Of a DNA stretch of 64,000 bases, positions 12,636-24,572 are shown in pieces. Each line of letters begins with the position of its first letter. Positions within the stretch are counted from its first letter, which is position 1. Below the pieces are notes generated by a model. That model saw only the letters and a list, made by a program, of their open reading frames with translations. It had not been told where the DNA came from and ran no database searches. Location: the NCBI GenBank assembly GCA_048013815.1, contig CM106585.1, positions 14,570,001 to 14,634,000 on the forward strand. Reading direction: 5' to 3'. The position numbers were made by a program, and so were the translations under genes. This DNA comes from Setoptus koraiensis. Taxonomy: Eukaryota; Animalia; Arthropoda.

Positions 12636-13271
12636 GCTAGAGGAACAATATCAATATTTATAGGTATTTGTATATTATGTTGTCATTTCTATTACGGGCC
12701 GTGTTCTTTGTTGCTCGAATTGTTGTGTTCGGTTCGAATTTGCAGCTTCATCAAATCTGCATCCCGTAATGCCGAGGATGATGATAAAAAATAAATTTTC
12801 CGACGCGGGGGTATTTGCGAGCCGAGCTTACTACCACTATTTAGTCCGGTGAGCTGGACAAGGGAGAGGGCATGGGTCAGCGGCAAATTGAGACAACACG
12901 CAAGAAAATCATGACGAACAGATGGACGCTTGATTGATTTCGTGTATTTTGCATAATAGCAATCATTGGCTTGTTGCAATTTTAGGCTGCAGCAAAATCA
13001 AAGTAGGTAATATTAAGGGGATGTAATGCTGCAATCAAACAAACATTTCACACTTGGCAAAACTAATGTTGATACTCACTATGTGTGCTCATGACACATT
13101 GTGTCATGAAATTGTTGCATTGTTGCATCATGCTTGCTACCATTATATACCATTATTGTGTATCATGGCTTTATCGGCTCTTGACAGGTATAGGCCAGGT
13201 TTTGTTGTTGGGCACTGTGGCTTTAAAACCGGTCGGCCGATTGAAGCCGCATCCGAAGAAGACAATACAAT
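11727..13271 (+). CDS. Candidate exons of an unidentified spliced gene: 11727..11808, 12746..12848, 13188..13271
   Basis: Each segment is flanked by AG and GT (gtacgt, gtgagc, gtacgt) and is stop-free in one frame; the last two join in phase 2 to give HPVMPRMMIKNKFSDAGVFASRAYYHYLVRYRPGFVVGHCGFKTGRPIEAASEEDNT. No family recognised; start and end not found. Confidence 0.3.
12599..12632. repeat. (AC)17 microsatellite
   Basis: Direct reading of the sequence. Confidence 0.95.
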
Positions 13272-14123
13272 GTACGTTTGCAAAATGCAAGTAGCGCAGA
13301 TAAATACACACAATCTTATCTATTGACTATCTAGATCTAGATAAGAAAGTGTTGAAAGACAAAATGGATGAGACGGAATAGAACTAATTTTATTACTGAG
13401 TGTCTAAGCATTGCATGAATGATGATTGTTCCAATTGTCATTGTAAACAATTCTTGTTCCATGTTTAATCAAGCGCGACTCTTGTTCGTCGCCTCGTTGC
13501 ATTGTTATTTCACCAGGTGCTGCCTATAAAATGTATGTGTGTTACGCAACGCTTACAGCAGAAATCAAACTAGATCGTGCCAATTGCCAACTCGCAAATC
13601 GTACATCCCTTCGCAGAGATACAGCAATTACCTTGCTGAATCAATCTAACCCGATTTGTGCCTCATTTTACATGGCAGATAGTCAGGTGGAAAAGAAGTG
13701 GAGCAAGCAATTATTCAAATCAGTGCAACTAGTCTGGTCCGACACTCTGACGCCATCTATCTTTGAGTTGTGCCTATAGACATTTTTGCTCTATATAGGT
13801 CTAGCTCTGTCATTTGCTCCACATAACTGCTATAACACTACAACAACCTAACGATATATCAGCACAAGAATATTTCTGACACATACAAGACCACACATTG
13901 GGTCACAATAGACAATAGAACAGAATGGTATTGAACTACCAGTGACCGACTGACAAAACGGAAAGGTCTCTGCATGTGTGTAGTTCAAACTTCGAATTGA
14001 GAGACACCGTTTGTGAATAGTATTGGTGATAATGGTATAGTTTGTGAATACCAAGTATCGACAAATATCAAATACAGATGTTGATGTAATTAAAGTTAAC
14101 ACTTTGATATTGTATTGTTTGAC

Positions 14124-14146
14124 TAGTAGTAGTAGTGGTGGTAGTG

Positions 14147-14178
<32 letters not shown>

Positions 14179-14204
14179 TGTTGTGGTGGTTGTAGTAGTT
14201 GTAG
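14124..14204. repeat. Compound (TAG/TGG/TTG)n trinucleotide microsatellite
   Basis: Direct reading of the sequence. Confidence 0.9.
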
Positions 14205-15878
14205 GTGTGCGATCTTGCACTCAAATGCAATTGTTTCCATTCAAATTCACGCCGGCAAACAACAAATTGCTGCTAAACGAAAAACATTTCTCATCTATAG
14301 TCAGTTAAACTAATAACAATATGTTCAATTTTTGTTATTTTAGAATAAAATTTGCATGTGAAGCCAAGATAAGAATCTTCCATTATCAATTGATTTGATC
14401 AGCATGTACAAATTGAATGAATGTATAATGTTTCATTCACAGGTTGTCGAAATAGGTATGCGCTTCTCTCTTGCCCACCTTGTTTCAAGTATACCTACTT
14501 CAGCATGATTCTTACATCTCTCTCTCCCCTTCTTTCAGATTCCACCAAACAAGCGAGGAGAGTGAACTTTACTGTTAGTTTATTCATTCAAATCTAGAGA
14601 AAATGCAACAAATATGCATCTTACAATTTAAATGATTTTCGATTTGAGTATTTATATCAACAAACCTGCAAAATAGTTTGACTAACTGACTAAACATCTC
14701 TCTCTCTCCGTCTATTCCAAATCTCCTCTTGTCGAGAGTTCTCTCTTGAGAATCTAAGAATTGTTGCTCTTGATTCGCTCAAGAGAGGCATAGACAAAAA
14801 ACAACACACATGTATAAATACAAAGAGCCACGATAGATACACACCGTCGGAGGGAAGCAACAGCAACAACTCATCCATTTGTCTAATACTCTAATGAAGA
14901 TGCAAATTATGCCTATCAAAGAAGAAATATCGACAGCAATCACAACAACAGCAACAACGGTAACAACAAATTGATTTTGATTTCCTTTGTTAGCAAAAGC
15001 AACTTGTTTTGCATGTCAGTGTTGTTGTTGTTGTTGTTCTATCTACTTGAACACTCTGACGAACAACAAAAGAATCATAGCTATACAGCTATGACGGGCC
15101 AAATATTAATGTGTCCGAACCATCTTTTGTTTGAAGCTGAAAAACTTAGACAAACAGTAAATCACACAATTTCTCTCATTCTCGTGTGTACCTCGCAAGC
15201 AGCTATTAGATGAGTACCATCTCAAATATTTACTTATTGTGTGTCTGTGTGTGTATATCCATGGATATATCTGAAAGATTGGAATCGCATGAATTGAATA
15301 GTTTGACCAGGGCCGAACTCTGTCACCGCGGATGCATTCGTCGATCACGATGCATATTATACTTGTAATGATTTAGATATACATAAATGTGGTTGATCAA
15401 AATTTGATCGTTTCGAGATGAACTGCTCGCATTCCATGTTTCACAGCTACATTTTATTCATTATTTGGTAAAATTTGAGTGATGGCTATGATAAAGTAGT
15501 TTATAAAATGAATTCAGTTAATTCGATATGATACAACATTGATCATTCTTTTTGTAGACTTGGAACAACGGCATTCTAAATGAAGTTATAACATAATCAT
15601 CAGTCCTTTTCATAAGTGTATTCTTTCTCTCTCTCTCTCTCTCTCCCTCCTCTTTTGGTGGCTTTCTTAATCCAAAATAAATTTCATTCAATGTGCTATG
15701 AACGATTTTCGCTCTGTGAGTTGTTTTCTCAATTTAATATAGTCATAAAAACAATTTTTTTGGCAAGGACTTCATGCTACACTAATGTGGCACAATTCGT
15801 CAATTTTTGTTAAGATACAGCATCATTCTGAGTAAAAATTCTGAATAATAATTTGCAGAAAAAACAATCGGTCGATTT

Positions 15879-16928
15879 TCATTCATCTTTACTCGCATTC
15901 CCTGCTAGTTCTCTGAGTTTGGTCGAGATACCATGACGAATTTTCTGGACGACCACCAAAGTTGTAGTAAACATATTACCGATGAATATTATAAAATATA
16001 TGATTGCTGTAGTAATTACTTGCCAATGAAAGTTTTCCGATTCTCTGTGTAATTGATACAACTTGTAAGCGCTATATAGTTGCAATAGATATCCAACGTA
16101 AAGCACTGGCAACAAAAATGATAGTCCTCTCCACATCCAAGACTGAAATCCTTGTAAAGTTACATCCATGTCATAACCATAACCCAATGCTCTCAGACGA
16201 TAGAGGCAGTTGTGCTGATAATAGAATTGAAGATATCGTAAAAATGCTGTATAAATTGTATACAGCAAAAATTGTGATCTAAAATCATTGTACAGCTTCC
16301 CATCTGGCCATAAAATTATAATGCCTGCCTGTATAGTTGTTATGAACTGTAGTGCCCTCCACCAACCATTGATCCTTGATCCATTGACTATTAAAATACT
16401 CTCTCTGATAGTCAGCGTACAATGATACCAAACTAAAAGAAATTGTAATGTTGCATCTAATGCTCGATAGTTAAACACCAATGTGATAAACGATAATATA
16501 CATATTATGAGATTTAATATAAGCTTAAATCTCTCGTATTCTTCCTTGTATAATAGTCGAGCTTCTCTTTTGATAAGATTTACGTTGAATAGTCCCAAAA
16601 TTACTCTGAGGTATAGACCACCGGTTTTAGGTAGAGTATCCTTGAATCTCAACAATTGACTATATCTGAATTCCGTTTGCTGTTCGATTCTATATTTAAG
16701 GTTCGTCTCTATATCACTATGAGTCTCATTCTTTTTCAATCTAATTCTAAGTTCCTTGATTTTAGTCAATTTTTTCTCTATTGTATCCGATAGTTTCTGT
16801 TGTATTTTATTAGCCTTTTGCACATGAGTCTGATACTCTCTGTGCGTTTCTTCAAGCTGATTTAGTTCATTCTCCAAGACGATATGGTCCGCCTCAATTT
16901 CATTTATTCCGTCCGCATCAAGTGCCAT
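15879..16928 (-). CDS. TMEM120: Transmembrane protein 120 (TACAN-like), 349 aa, intronless
   Basis: N-terminal coiled coil, then YKEEYERFKL, FLLVWYHCTLTIRESILIVNGSRINGWW, QGFQSWMWRGLSFLLP, GNMFTTTLVV, all characteristic of the family. Confidence 0.93.
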   Translation of the reverse strand: MALDADGINEIEADHIVLENELNQLEETHREYQTHVQKANKIQQKLSDTIEKKLTKIKELRIRLKKNETHSDIETNLKYRIEQQTEFRYSQLLRFKDTLPKTGGLYLRVILGLFNVNLIKREARLLYKEEYERFKLILNLIICILSFITLVFNYRALDATLQFLLVWYHCTLTIRESILIVNGSRINGWWRALQFITTIQAGIIILWPDGKLYNDFRSQFLLYTIYTAFLRYLQFYYQHNCLYRLRALGYGYDMDVTLQGFQSWMWRGLSFLLPVLYVGYLLQLYSAYKLYQLHRESENFHWQVITTAIIYFIIFIGNMFTTTLVVVQKIRHGISTKLRELAGNASKDE

Positions 16929-17762
16929 TGTTCCAGAAATCTACGGGCGCTCTGCAGGGTTGAATCAATCGATGTATAAACAATGTGAAAATAGATAGTT
17001 TCAGAGTTCAATTAGCTAGATTGGCTGACATGTATGAGTTGGACCCCATGTTAAGGATGGTGGTTGATTATGTAGAACAAATGATACACGTGGATTTGAC
17101 AAACATTACGTGGCCTCTACATGTATTTTTGATGTCTACGAGCTTATAATTATTATCATAAACAATCAAACAAATAAAAACAAATGGCACCATAATCTGT
17201 TACATTGTCCTATAGGTGGCGCACTAAAAAAACCACAATACAGTGGGTTATGCACTGGTGCAATCATGAGCGGCGACGTCATTGCGATTATTTCCATGAG
17301 ATTATGCCCAAGGCAAAGATTGTTTCAAAAAATGCGCACAACCAATCGCAAAATAAATCCTTATTTTGTGCGGTTTTTCCTGTTTTCTTCGATGGAGCTC
17401 CGCGAGAGGCGCTTTTAACGCGCCGAAAATACTATTGCAACCAAAGAATGTTCCGTTGAATCTTTCTTTCATTTTGATTGCTCCATCTTCACTTCTGCAC
17501 ACAACAGTCAACGTGCAAGCGACTCACCAATTATTGTTGTCGCCGACTCAAGCAACATAACTGCAGCGATAGTGAGCCCTGGCGGAAACTATCCAAACCA
17601 CTAGGCATAACTTCGCACAGTTCATTTCGAAGCATGTCAACCTCGTGTCCAGATAATCGTCATGTAAATGATCAAGTGCCTATCTATCGGAAGATTACAT
17701 TTCTAATCACGATCTAATTTATTTAATCGATCACACCTTATCAAATCATTCAATTATCAACA
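16929..17762. promoter_or_regulatory. Divergent (bidirectional) promoter region of TMEM120 and NOB1
   Basis: Head-to-head start codons 834 bp apart; contains a CTCF-like cctataggtggcgcac (17209..17224) and an E2F-like cgcgccgaaa (about 17420). Confidence 0.6.
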
Positions 17763-18902
17763 ATGGACAAGACTTCTACACTTGGCCCTCCGATCGAACA
17801 TCTGGTCATCGATTCATCGGCATTAATTCATCAGGGTCCCATCGGTGAGACCGGCAAACACATCTACTGCTGTAATGAAATTGTTGCGGAAATAAAAGAT
17901 AAAGCCACACGCGATCGTCTTCAAATATTACCTTATGAAGTCAAAATGCTCAACGCCGATGTTGATGCTATTCAGCATGTTGTGGAATTTTCTAAAAAAA
18001 CCGGAGACTACAAACAGTTGTCAGCGGTAGACTTGAAACTGATTGCTATCACATTTCAGTTGGAAAAGCGCTTCAATGGCCTGAAATACATACATTCTGA
18101 ACCCAGAGATATCTCGGTCAAAGCAATAGACAGCAAAAAACAAGTCAAATCCAAAAAGCGGGACGATGAGATCCAAAAGATGGACACTGATGAAATGGAG
18201 ATCTTGGATGATGAGCAAATGTCAGACGAAGAAGGAGCATCGGCATCCAGCGAAGAGGATGATAGTGGTGGTTGGATCACACCCGATAATATAGCTGAAG
18301 TCTACAAGAAAATGGGAGTCATACAAGCAAACGAGGCCCCAGATGAAACTCCCAAGGATCGCATAAGAGTTGCTTGTATGACGTCTGATTTTTCGATTCA
18401 AAACTGCATGATGCAGATGGGCATGCTAGTGGTGTCACCAAAAGACGGTCTGATGATCAAAGAGGCCAAGAAGGTTGCGCTAAGATGTCATGCTTGCTAT
18501 AAGGTTCTGTATGATGCATCTAAGGCAAAAGGTGACTTTTGCCCACATTGTGGAAATCTAGACACCTTGAAAAGAGTTAACTACTCTATCGACAAGGATG
18601 GAAATAAACAGATCTACATAAATTACAAAAGAGATATTAGAGTCAAAGGAAATAACAAGTCTCTACCATTACCCCGAGGAGGCAAGCATTCTAAGGATCC
18701 TATACTAGCACCTGATCAACCGATTCCAAAAGAGAGAGACCCGAAATTGGCAATACTTGAGAAGAAAATGGTCTCTGCAGACAATGTTCTATCTGATCCA
18801 GCCTACCTAACTAGAACTAATCCCTTCGCCAATCACGTTATCAGAGAAGTTAATAAGGCTAGAGCGGGGGGAAATAGGTTCATAAGGCGTAAACGCCATT
18901 AA
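17763..18902 (+). CDS. NOB1: RNA-binding protein NOB1 (PIN-domain 20S pre-rRNA endonuclease), 379 aa, intronless
   Basis: PIN motifs LVIDSSALI, TGDYKQLSAVDLKLIA, WITPDN, CMTSDFSIQN; zinc ribbon CHAC..CPHCGN. Confidence 0.95.
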   Translation: MDKTSTLGPPIEHLVIDSSALIHQGPIGETGKHIYCCNEIVAEIKDKATRDRLQILPYEVKMLNADVDAIQHVVEFSKKTGDYKQLSAVDLKLIAITFQLEKRFNGLKYIHSEPRDISVKAIDSKKQVKSKKRDDEIQKMDTDEMEILDDEQMSDEEGASASSEEDDSGGWITPDNIAEVYKKMGVIQANEAPDETPKDRIRVACMTSDFSIQNCMMQMGMLVVSPKDGLMIKEAKKVALRCHACYKVLYDASKAKGDFCPHCGNLDTLKRVNYSIDKDGNKQIYINYKRDIRVKGNNKSLPLPRGGKHSKDPILAPDQPIPKERDPKLAILEKKMVSADNVLSDPAYLTRTNPFANHVIREVNKARAGGNRFIRRKRH

Positions 18903-19059
18903 ATTGAAAGGATGTATTCTCTTTATACAGGTCCATTTGTTAACTAATTTGATTAAAATCCTATCTGTACATAAGCGTAATGTAAAAATCATCAGTGAAG
19001 ACAACAAGCCTTTAAGTTTTATTCCTTTGTTGGAGACTACTTGACGATTAGATACTAGA

Positions 19060-22000
19060 TCACTCATACGACATTGCTCTCGTTCTTCTTTTGTGAGTTT
19101 TTTGCCTCAGTCTACGAGACCTTCTGATACCAGATTGTTCAAGTATGAGCTTGTTCAATTTAAAAGCGGGGCATTCGGAGACCCATTCCCTTATCGTGGA
19201 CTTCTCGGCTGTAAGAGTTTCAAGCAACTCGCTCTCGCGATAACCCCTCTTGTTTAGTGTCTCTATGAGGCAATCAATAGATTCAGCTGAATGATAAAAC
19301 CACCATCTCGATTGATTTTCTGAGTTTTTCTTCCCGTGCACGACACACGTGGATTCGTCCCCACTGCATCTAGCCATTTCTTCGAATCGGCAGTCTGATT
19401 GCTTATCATCGTTAACAGTCGGTTTGGGCTTTTCTATGCTAGATGGTTGATCGTCAGAAACGTCGCCAGAATCGCCATTCATCTTTGGGGTCGAAGCATC
19501 TTCAATACTTTCTTTGTCACTTTGCTTAGATTCAGTAATAGCTTTATATGTGCAACTTTGAGGGTCAGAGGGATTGTCTCGATTGAATCTCAATTTAAAC
19601 CTAGATTCGGTTGGTGTAGCTTCCTCAAGACATGGACCAAAATCTGTATCGTCCCACTCGACGAATAATCCGGGCAGTGATTGGAACAACCAATATCTGC
19701 GGTACGCTCGATCTCTTCCGATTGGATGTACTCCATAGAGAGATTGGACATTCCTGATTTCAGCCCTAAGATGAATCAACTGATTATTATGTTCCTCTAA
19801 ACGTCTACTTCTTTCAACTTGATACTCGTCATAAGCAACCAAATTTTCCTCGTAAGCTCTCTCAAGATCTTCAAAAGTTGGCTCCGGCTCATCCCCGTGC
19901 TCGCTGATAACCATGCTATTTTCCGATGCGACACCCTTCCTTTCTGTAGTTGTTGATATTGCACTATCTAAATTGAAAGTTATCTTCTTTTTCAATGATT
20001 CATCGGTAGAAGTTTTCTCATCGACACCGTTTTCACTTAAAACATGGCCGTTCATCTTGAGACAGCTCTTGATGTTACCATTAGTGAGTGGGGTCATGGA
20101 AATTCCGTTGATCAGGCTTGAGTCGGATTCAATCAAGTCAAGTTTGTCCATCTTACCATTTGAATTGACTATTGTAATGGCCTCTTGATGCTCTTTAATC
20201 TGATTTGTACTTTCTTGGTCTAGAGCTTCATGGTCAGACTTATCAGTACTTGCGGCATGATCATTCTTGCGCTTAGGATGTTGCAGCTTCTTGACACAAT
20301 TCTCTCTGTCCCATCTGGCGAAAGCTGCAGCTGCGGCTCTATATTCTTTCCTAAGCTCATTGAGGCGCTCATTGGCAGCTTCGATGTACGCTCTAGTTCC
20401 TATGAATGAGAAAACTTGGTTTATAAGTGCATGAATCAATTTTATCCTTTCATCCATGTTGAGATCGAAAATAGATGTGTCCGATAATTTTTTAATTAGT
20501 TCAGGCTCTTGCATACACAACCAAAGACCAGGATCTTCTCTTGCCGAGTACCATCCATTATACACAGATCTACTCTTTGGGTAGGTCCCAGATTGAAGAA
20601 GATGAAGACGAAGAACTTCTGTAACATTATTGGAATCCAACTCGATATCATAGAGAGGTTGCTTAATAGAAGCTTGCACATCTTGCGCAGCCTTTATAGC
20701 CGAACCAATAAGATCATTCATATTGATTTCTTTGTTGTGGTCATCCTCATCTATATCACTGACTCCGTCAACGCATATTTCTGCATTGTCTGTATCCATT
20801 TGATCGCCATTTTGGATTTGGTCTAAGTTAGAAGAGGCTGCAACGGATTCGGATTTTGGATGACTGTTGGTTTCAGAAACAGTAGAGGATTTAGTATGTG
20901 CAGATTCTTTTGTTTCTTCCTCGACTCCGAGTCCTTCTTGCGTTGGTTGAAGGCGAAATATAGTGTTGAGAAGATATTGAACAACAGTTCCTAAAGCACT
21001 ATCATCGTTCTTGTCCAGTAATATCTCTTCTAGTGTATCAAAATCTATACCAGTGGGACAAAAATCTTTGAAATCGCTGAAAATTTCATGAAAGTTATAA
21101 AAAACTTCCATGATGTAGATCGCATCACCAAAATGTTCCTGAGGAATGTCACAATCTATGGGTGTCGCGGTGGGAAGTGGCCTGAGATCATCTCTCTCTA
21201 AATCTTCGCATTTTTTCTCCCATTCTTGAAGAAAAGCGGTTATTGCTTTACGTTCTTCTTCGCGTTTCTGTTTCTCTAGTTGTTTAGCCAGTATCAATGC
21301 TTCCTTCTTCCTTTTAGCCTCCAACTCTTTCTCTTTGGCAATCTCAGCCGGTGTTTTAGATTTCTTTTTTGAGGACTTTTCGGGTGCTTCAGTACCACTT
21401 TCTTGAGATTTCTTCTTAGCAGAGCCAGGTTTCGGTCCGCGCTTCTTTGGGGTTGCTTCCTCGGGAGATTTGGAGGCTAGCAACTCTTCGGCCAAATCCT
21501 TGTTCTTTTTATTTTTCAATTTTCTTCCATCTATCTTTCCAGTTGAAGTTAATAAATCAGGATCTATACCCTCTGGTACTGGCATGTCGTACTTGTGCGG
21601 GTCGTAGGGATACTTCTTCTTTTTGGGGGTATGAGCGGGGGTTTCGGTGCCATCAGACCCTTTTTTCTTGGACTTGTCTGTAGTACCTTCAGTTGCAGAA
21701 TCCCCGTCTTTCTGTTTCTTCTTTTTCTTTTTGATGTTTGGCGTCTCGACATTTGTGTCAGAAGAATTCTCGGCGCCTTCGCTCTTCTTTTTCTTCTTTT
21801 TCTTGAGGGGTTGCTCTTCACCTTTGTCAGCTTCATTCTCACTAAGTTTTCTTTTTCTTTGGCTATCGTCACCCTCTTTGATTTGTTTGGTGACCTTAGT
21901 ACTTAAATCTTTGGTGAGAGTGGGTTCTTTGATTTTAACTACAGTATTATTTTTCCTATCAAATTTAGGCTCAGGTCCGGCAAAGAAATCTGTCCAGCTG

Positions 22001-22827
22001 ACATCATTCAATTTGTACAATTCCTTCGTTTCTGTCTTAATGTCAAAGACTTGATTTCGCTTTGTTTCAGCGAGATGGTGCCTCAAAAAAAGTCTTAATC
22101 TATCCTTACTAAATATTCCTTTCGGCCTAAGAATGCAGCTGGCATCTACAATTATATCATCATTATCACTGTCGTTGCTATTATTTGCTACCAAAGAACT
22201 GCTGTCATTAACTTCTTCGGAAGTTGCGCCTTCTTGTTCTTTATCATCTAATTTCAGTACATCGGCTTGTTTAATCTTATTTATGAGGGCGATTTTGTCC
22301 TGGCCACCGTTCACCTTGACCTGATATTTATATAAATGAGGATCCAGCCCATATGAGACAGTTTGGCCTAAACATTCGTTTGATGATGTGCAATTATCTT
22401 CTGCTGGAGATATTACTTTGATAATCTCGCCCGAGAGCTTGAGATCATTTTTAATGATATCTACCGTCTCTCCTAAGAAATATCTGTTGCATACAAAAAT
22501 GTAAATCATATCACAAATGTCACGAGATGCTGAGGTTGTAATATATCGCATCAAATACAAAATAGGTATCTGCATTGGTTTGGGAAATGTTTGTATGAGT
22601 ATTTTAGATTGAGACTCTGATTCCAAAGCCTCTTCGTAAGTAAGTGGAGATTTCCCGGAAACACTACAAGTCCAAACAAGACTATTAGTGAGGATAGATC
22701 TCTCGAAGAAAGCGTCATGACTTGTGAATATTTCATCTGTCAAAGGTAAATAGAAAACCTCATCGTCGGGGCTTAGGTCGTGTGGAACAGGGACCGGTAC
22801 AAATGGTTCCTTGTTTAGAAGAGGCAT
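19060..22827 (-). CDS. BAZ1A: BAZ1A/ACF1-like ISWI accessory subunit (WAC, DDT, WHIM1, WSD) without PHD or bromodomain, 1255 aa, intronless
   Basis: WAC start MPLLNKEPF..WTCSVSGKSPLTYEEALESE; DDT region FGDAIYIMEVFYNF; WHIM1 ERIKLIHALINQ; WSD PIGRDRAYRRYW..GLFVE and LNKRGYRESEL, with the stop about 45 codons later. Confidence 0.88.
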   Translation of the reverse strand: MPLLNKEPFVPVPVPHDLSPDDEVFYLPLTDEIFTSHDAFFERSILTNSLVWTCSVSGKSPLTYEEALESESQSKILIQTFPKPMQIPILYLMRYITTSASRDICDMIYIFVCNRYFLGETVDIIKNDLKLSGEIIKVISPAEDNCTSSNECLGQTVSYGLDPHLYKYQVKVNGGQDKIALINKIKQADVLKLDDKEQEGATSEEVNDSSSLVANNSNDSDNDDIIVDASCILRPKGIFSKDRLRLFLRHHLAETKRNQVFDIKTETKELYKLNDVSWTDFFAGPEPKFDRKNNTVVKIKEPTLTKDLSTKVTKQIKEGDDSQRKRKLSENEADKGEEQPLKKKKKKKSEGAENSSDTNVETPNIKKKKKKQKDGDSATEGTTDKSKKKGSDGTETPAHTPKKKKYPYDPHKYDMPVPEGIDPDLLTSTGKIDGRKLKNKKNKDLAEELLASKSPEEATPKKRGPKPGSAKKKSQESGTEAPEKSSKKKSKTPAEIAKEKELEAKRKKEALILAKQLEKQKREEERKAITAFLQEWEKKCEDLERDDLRPLPTATPIDCDIPQEHFGDAIYIMEVFYNFHEIFSDFKDFCPTGIDFDTLEEILLDKNDDSALGTVVQYLLNTIFRLQPTQEGLGVEEETKESAHTKSSTVSETNSHPKSESVAASSNLDQIQNGDQMDTDNAEICVDGVSDIDEDDHNKEINMNDLIGSAIKAAQDVQASIKQPLYDIELDSNNVTEVLRLHLLQSGTYPKSRSVYNGWYSAREDPGLWLCMQEPELIKKLSDTSIFDLNMDERIKLIHALINQVFSFIGTRAYIEAANERLNELRKEYRAAAAAFARWDRENCVKKLQHPKRKNDHAASTDKSDHEALDQESTNQIKEHQEAITIVNSNGKMDKLDLIESDSSLINGISMTPLTNGNIKSCLKMNGHVLSENGVDEKTSTDESLKKKITFNLDSAISTTTERKGVASENSMVISEHGDEPEPTFEDLERAYEENLVAYDEYQVERSRRLEEHNNQLIHLRAEIRNVQSLYGVHPIGRDRAYRRYWLFQSLPGLFVEWDDTDFGPCLEEATPTESRFKLRFNRDNPSDPQSCTYKAITESKQSDKESIEDASTPKMNGDSGDVSDDQPSSIEKPKPTVNDDKQSDCRFEEMARCSGDESTCVVHGKKNSENQSRWWFYHSAESIDCLIETLNKRGYRESELLETLTAEKSTIREWVSECPAFKLNKLILEQSGIRRSRRLRQKTHKRRTRAMSYE

Positions 22828-23502
22828 GGCTGAGATTGTCCAGTATTAGTGTGTTCATCTGTTTTTGGGGCTAACAGCTAATTTGGTTGTATGAATTAGT
22901 GTTTGTATTGATATTGTAATCCAATAATAATATAATATAGTGTGTATGTGTGTGTGTTGGTAGTTATAATAATAGTTGTAATAATGCGAATATGTGATGT
23001 GAGATGGGGTGATACAGCGAATGAATGTATGTAATAATAATAATAATAACAAGATGATGATATGACGATTGTTGTCCCTGTCTGTGTATTTGTGTGTTAG
23101 TTATATACTACTATACTAGTATAGCAATATAACTAGTGGAAACAAATGATCATCGCACACAATGGAGGCATGTTTGCTGGGCTGCTTGAATATATATTAT
23201 TTGCTGACAACTTGTGAGACTCTGTGTAGCATCCGTTAATAATCGGCAGACTATCATTTGATTTTGGTTGGATTAATAACTAAGCAATGACCATAATATT
23301 GTTGTTAATGATGATAATTATATTAATATTGTGGTATTTCGCTAATATCCAAGAGTTAGGCGATATCTGTAGGCGACGATGATATTGAAAAGTCTGTCTC
23401 TCTTTCTCTCTCTGTATCTGTGTTCTTTTCTTCATTGCTTTATTATTGTTTGATGTACTATGTGAAGTTTTTCCAATGTGTTCTCACAATTTTCTGAACG
23501 GT

Positions 23503-23515
23503 CCGCCAGGGGCGC
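23503..23515 (+). promoter_or_regulatory. CTCF-like motif CCGCCAGGGGCGC at the left edge of the GC-rich domain
   Basis: Motif match only; a second core (AGATGGCGC, minus strand) lies at 24158..24166. Confidence 0.35.
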
Positions 23516-24319
23516 ACGCGGCGTAGGGAAATCAACGTGCGATGGTGGTGTGTTTAGATAAATGTTTCTCCCTTGTGATTGCGTCCACTGGAGCACACGA
23601 TTTTGGAGGCGCTTGTTGACGCAAGGGCGTTTCGCTTTCTCGCGGGTCTGTCGCGTATGATCGTTTCAGCGGTGCTAACTGCGCGGCTAATACAGAAAGC
23701 AGTGCAGCGCCGCCCTCGCGGATCGTTGTGTGAACTTGCGCACAACCATTGAGTGGCAGAATCTCAGTGTCTCGCTCTCGCTCTCCTGCTTGCTTGCGCT
23801 TGTGTGTTGGTTAGCCTGTCGCGCTAGCAAAAGGCGCACAAGGCGAACATACGCATGCCAGGCACGCACGCACGAATAAGCGCACATGCACACATGCCGT
23901 AGTGCAGCGATGTGGTTGCCGAATAGATTATAAAGGGGAAAAAGATGAGCAGAGATAAATAGTGAGCAGGCAGCACAGAATTGGCGCAAAAAATCTGCTG
24001 CTGCAGCCTGCAGCAGCGGCAGCGCCAGCGGTTAGAAAACGGCTGCCGCTGCAGGCTGCAGGGCAAGTATACACACACACACTCACTATCCATGTGGGTG
24101 CACGTGCTAGCATTTGTGCTTGTCGGTTGCGCCGCTGTGCGCCTGTGCGGAACTGCAGCGCCATCTCAGCGCCAGTATATAACAAAGTGCGAGTGGACAG
24201 TTTGCAAACATTTCCATTCGTGAGAGTGCCCGACGAGGTTGTATAACAATCGAACAAACGAACACCAAACTTTATTCGTCCACCGAACTCGCCGAAACCA
24301 ACCGAACTCGCAGAAAGCG

Positions 24320-24450
24320 ACTAAAATCACAGAAACCAGCTAAACTCACAGCAACCAACTAAACTCATGGAAACTCACTAGACTCACGGAAAATCACAGA
24401 AACTCACAGAAACTCACAGAAACTCACAGAAGATTACAGAAACCAACTAA
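24320..24450. repeat. Degenerate 10-bp minisatellite (AAACTCACAG)n
   Basis: Several exact gaaactcaca copies flanked by diverged copies, upstream of the first coding exon of the VWC gene. Confidence 0.85.
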
Positions 24451-24572
24451 ACTTACTTGTAGATGCAACACACAACACCGCGCGTCCCTCAATGCAAGCC
24501 CAACACTCGGCGTCGATTATTACCAGTTATTTAGAGTTTTTTTAAGTTCTAGATCATTTAGAATCCTAGAAG

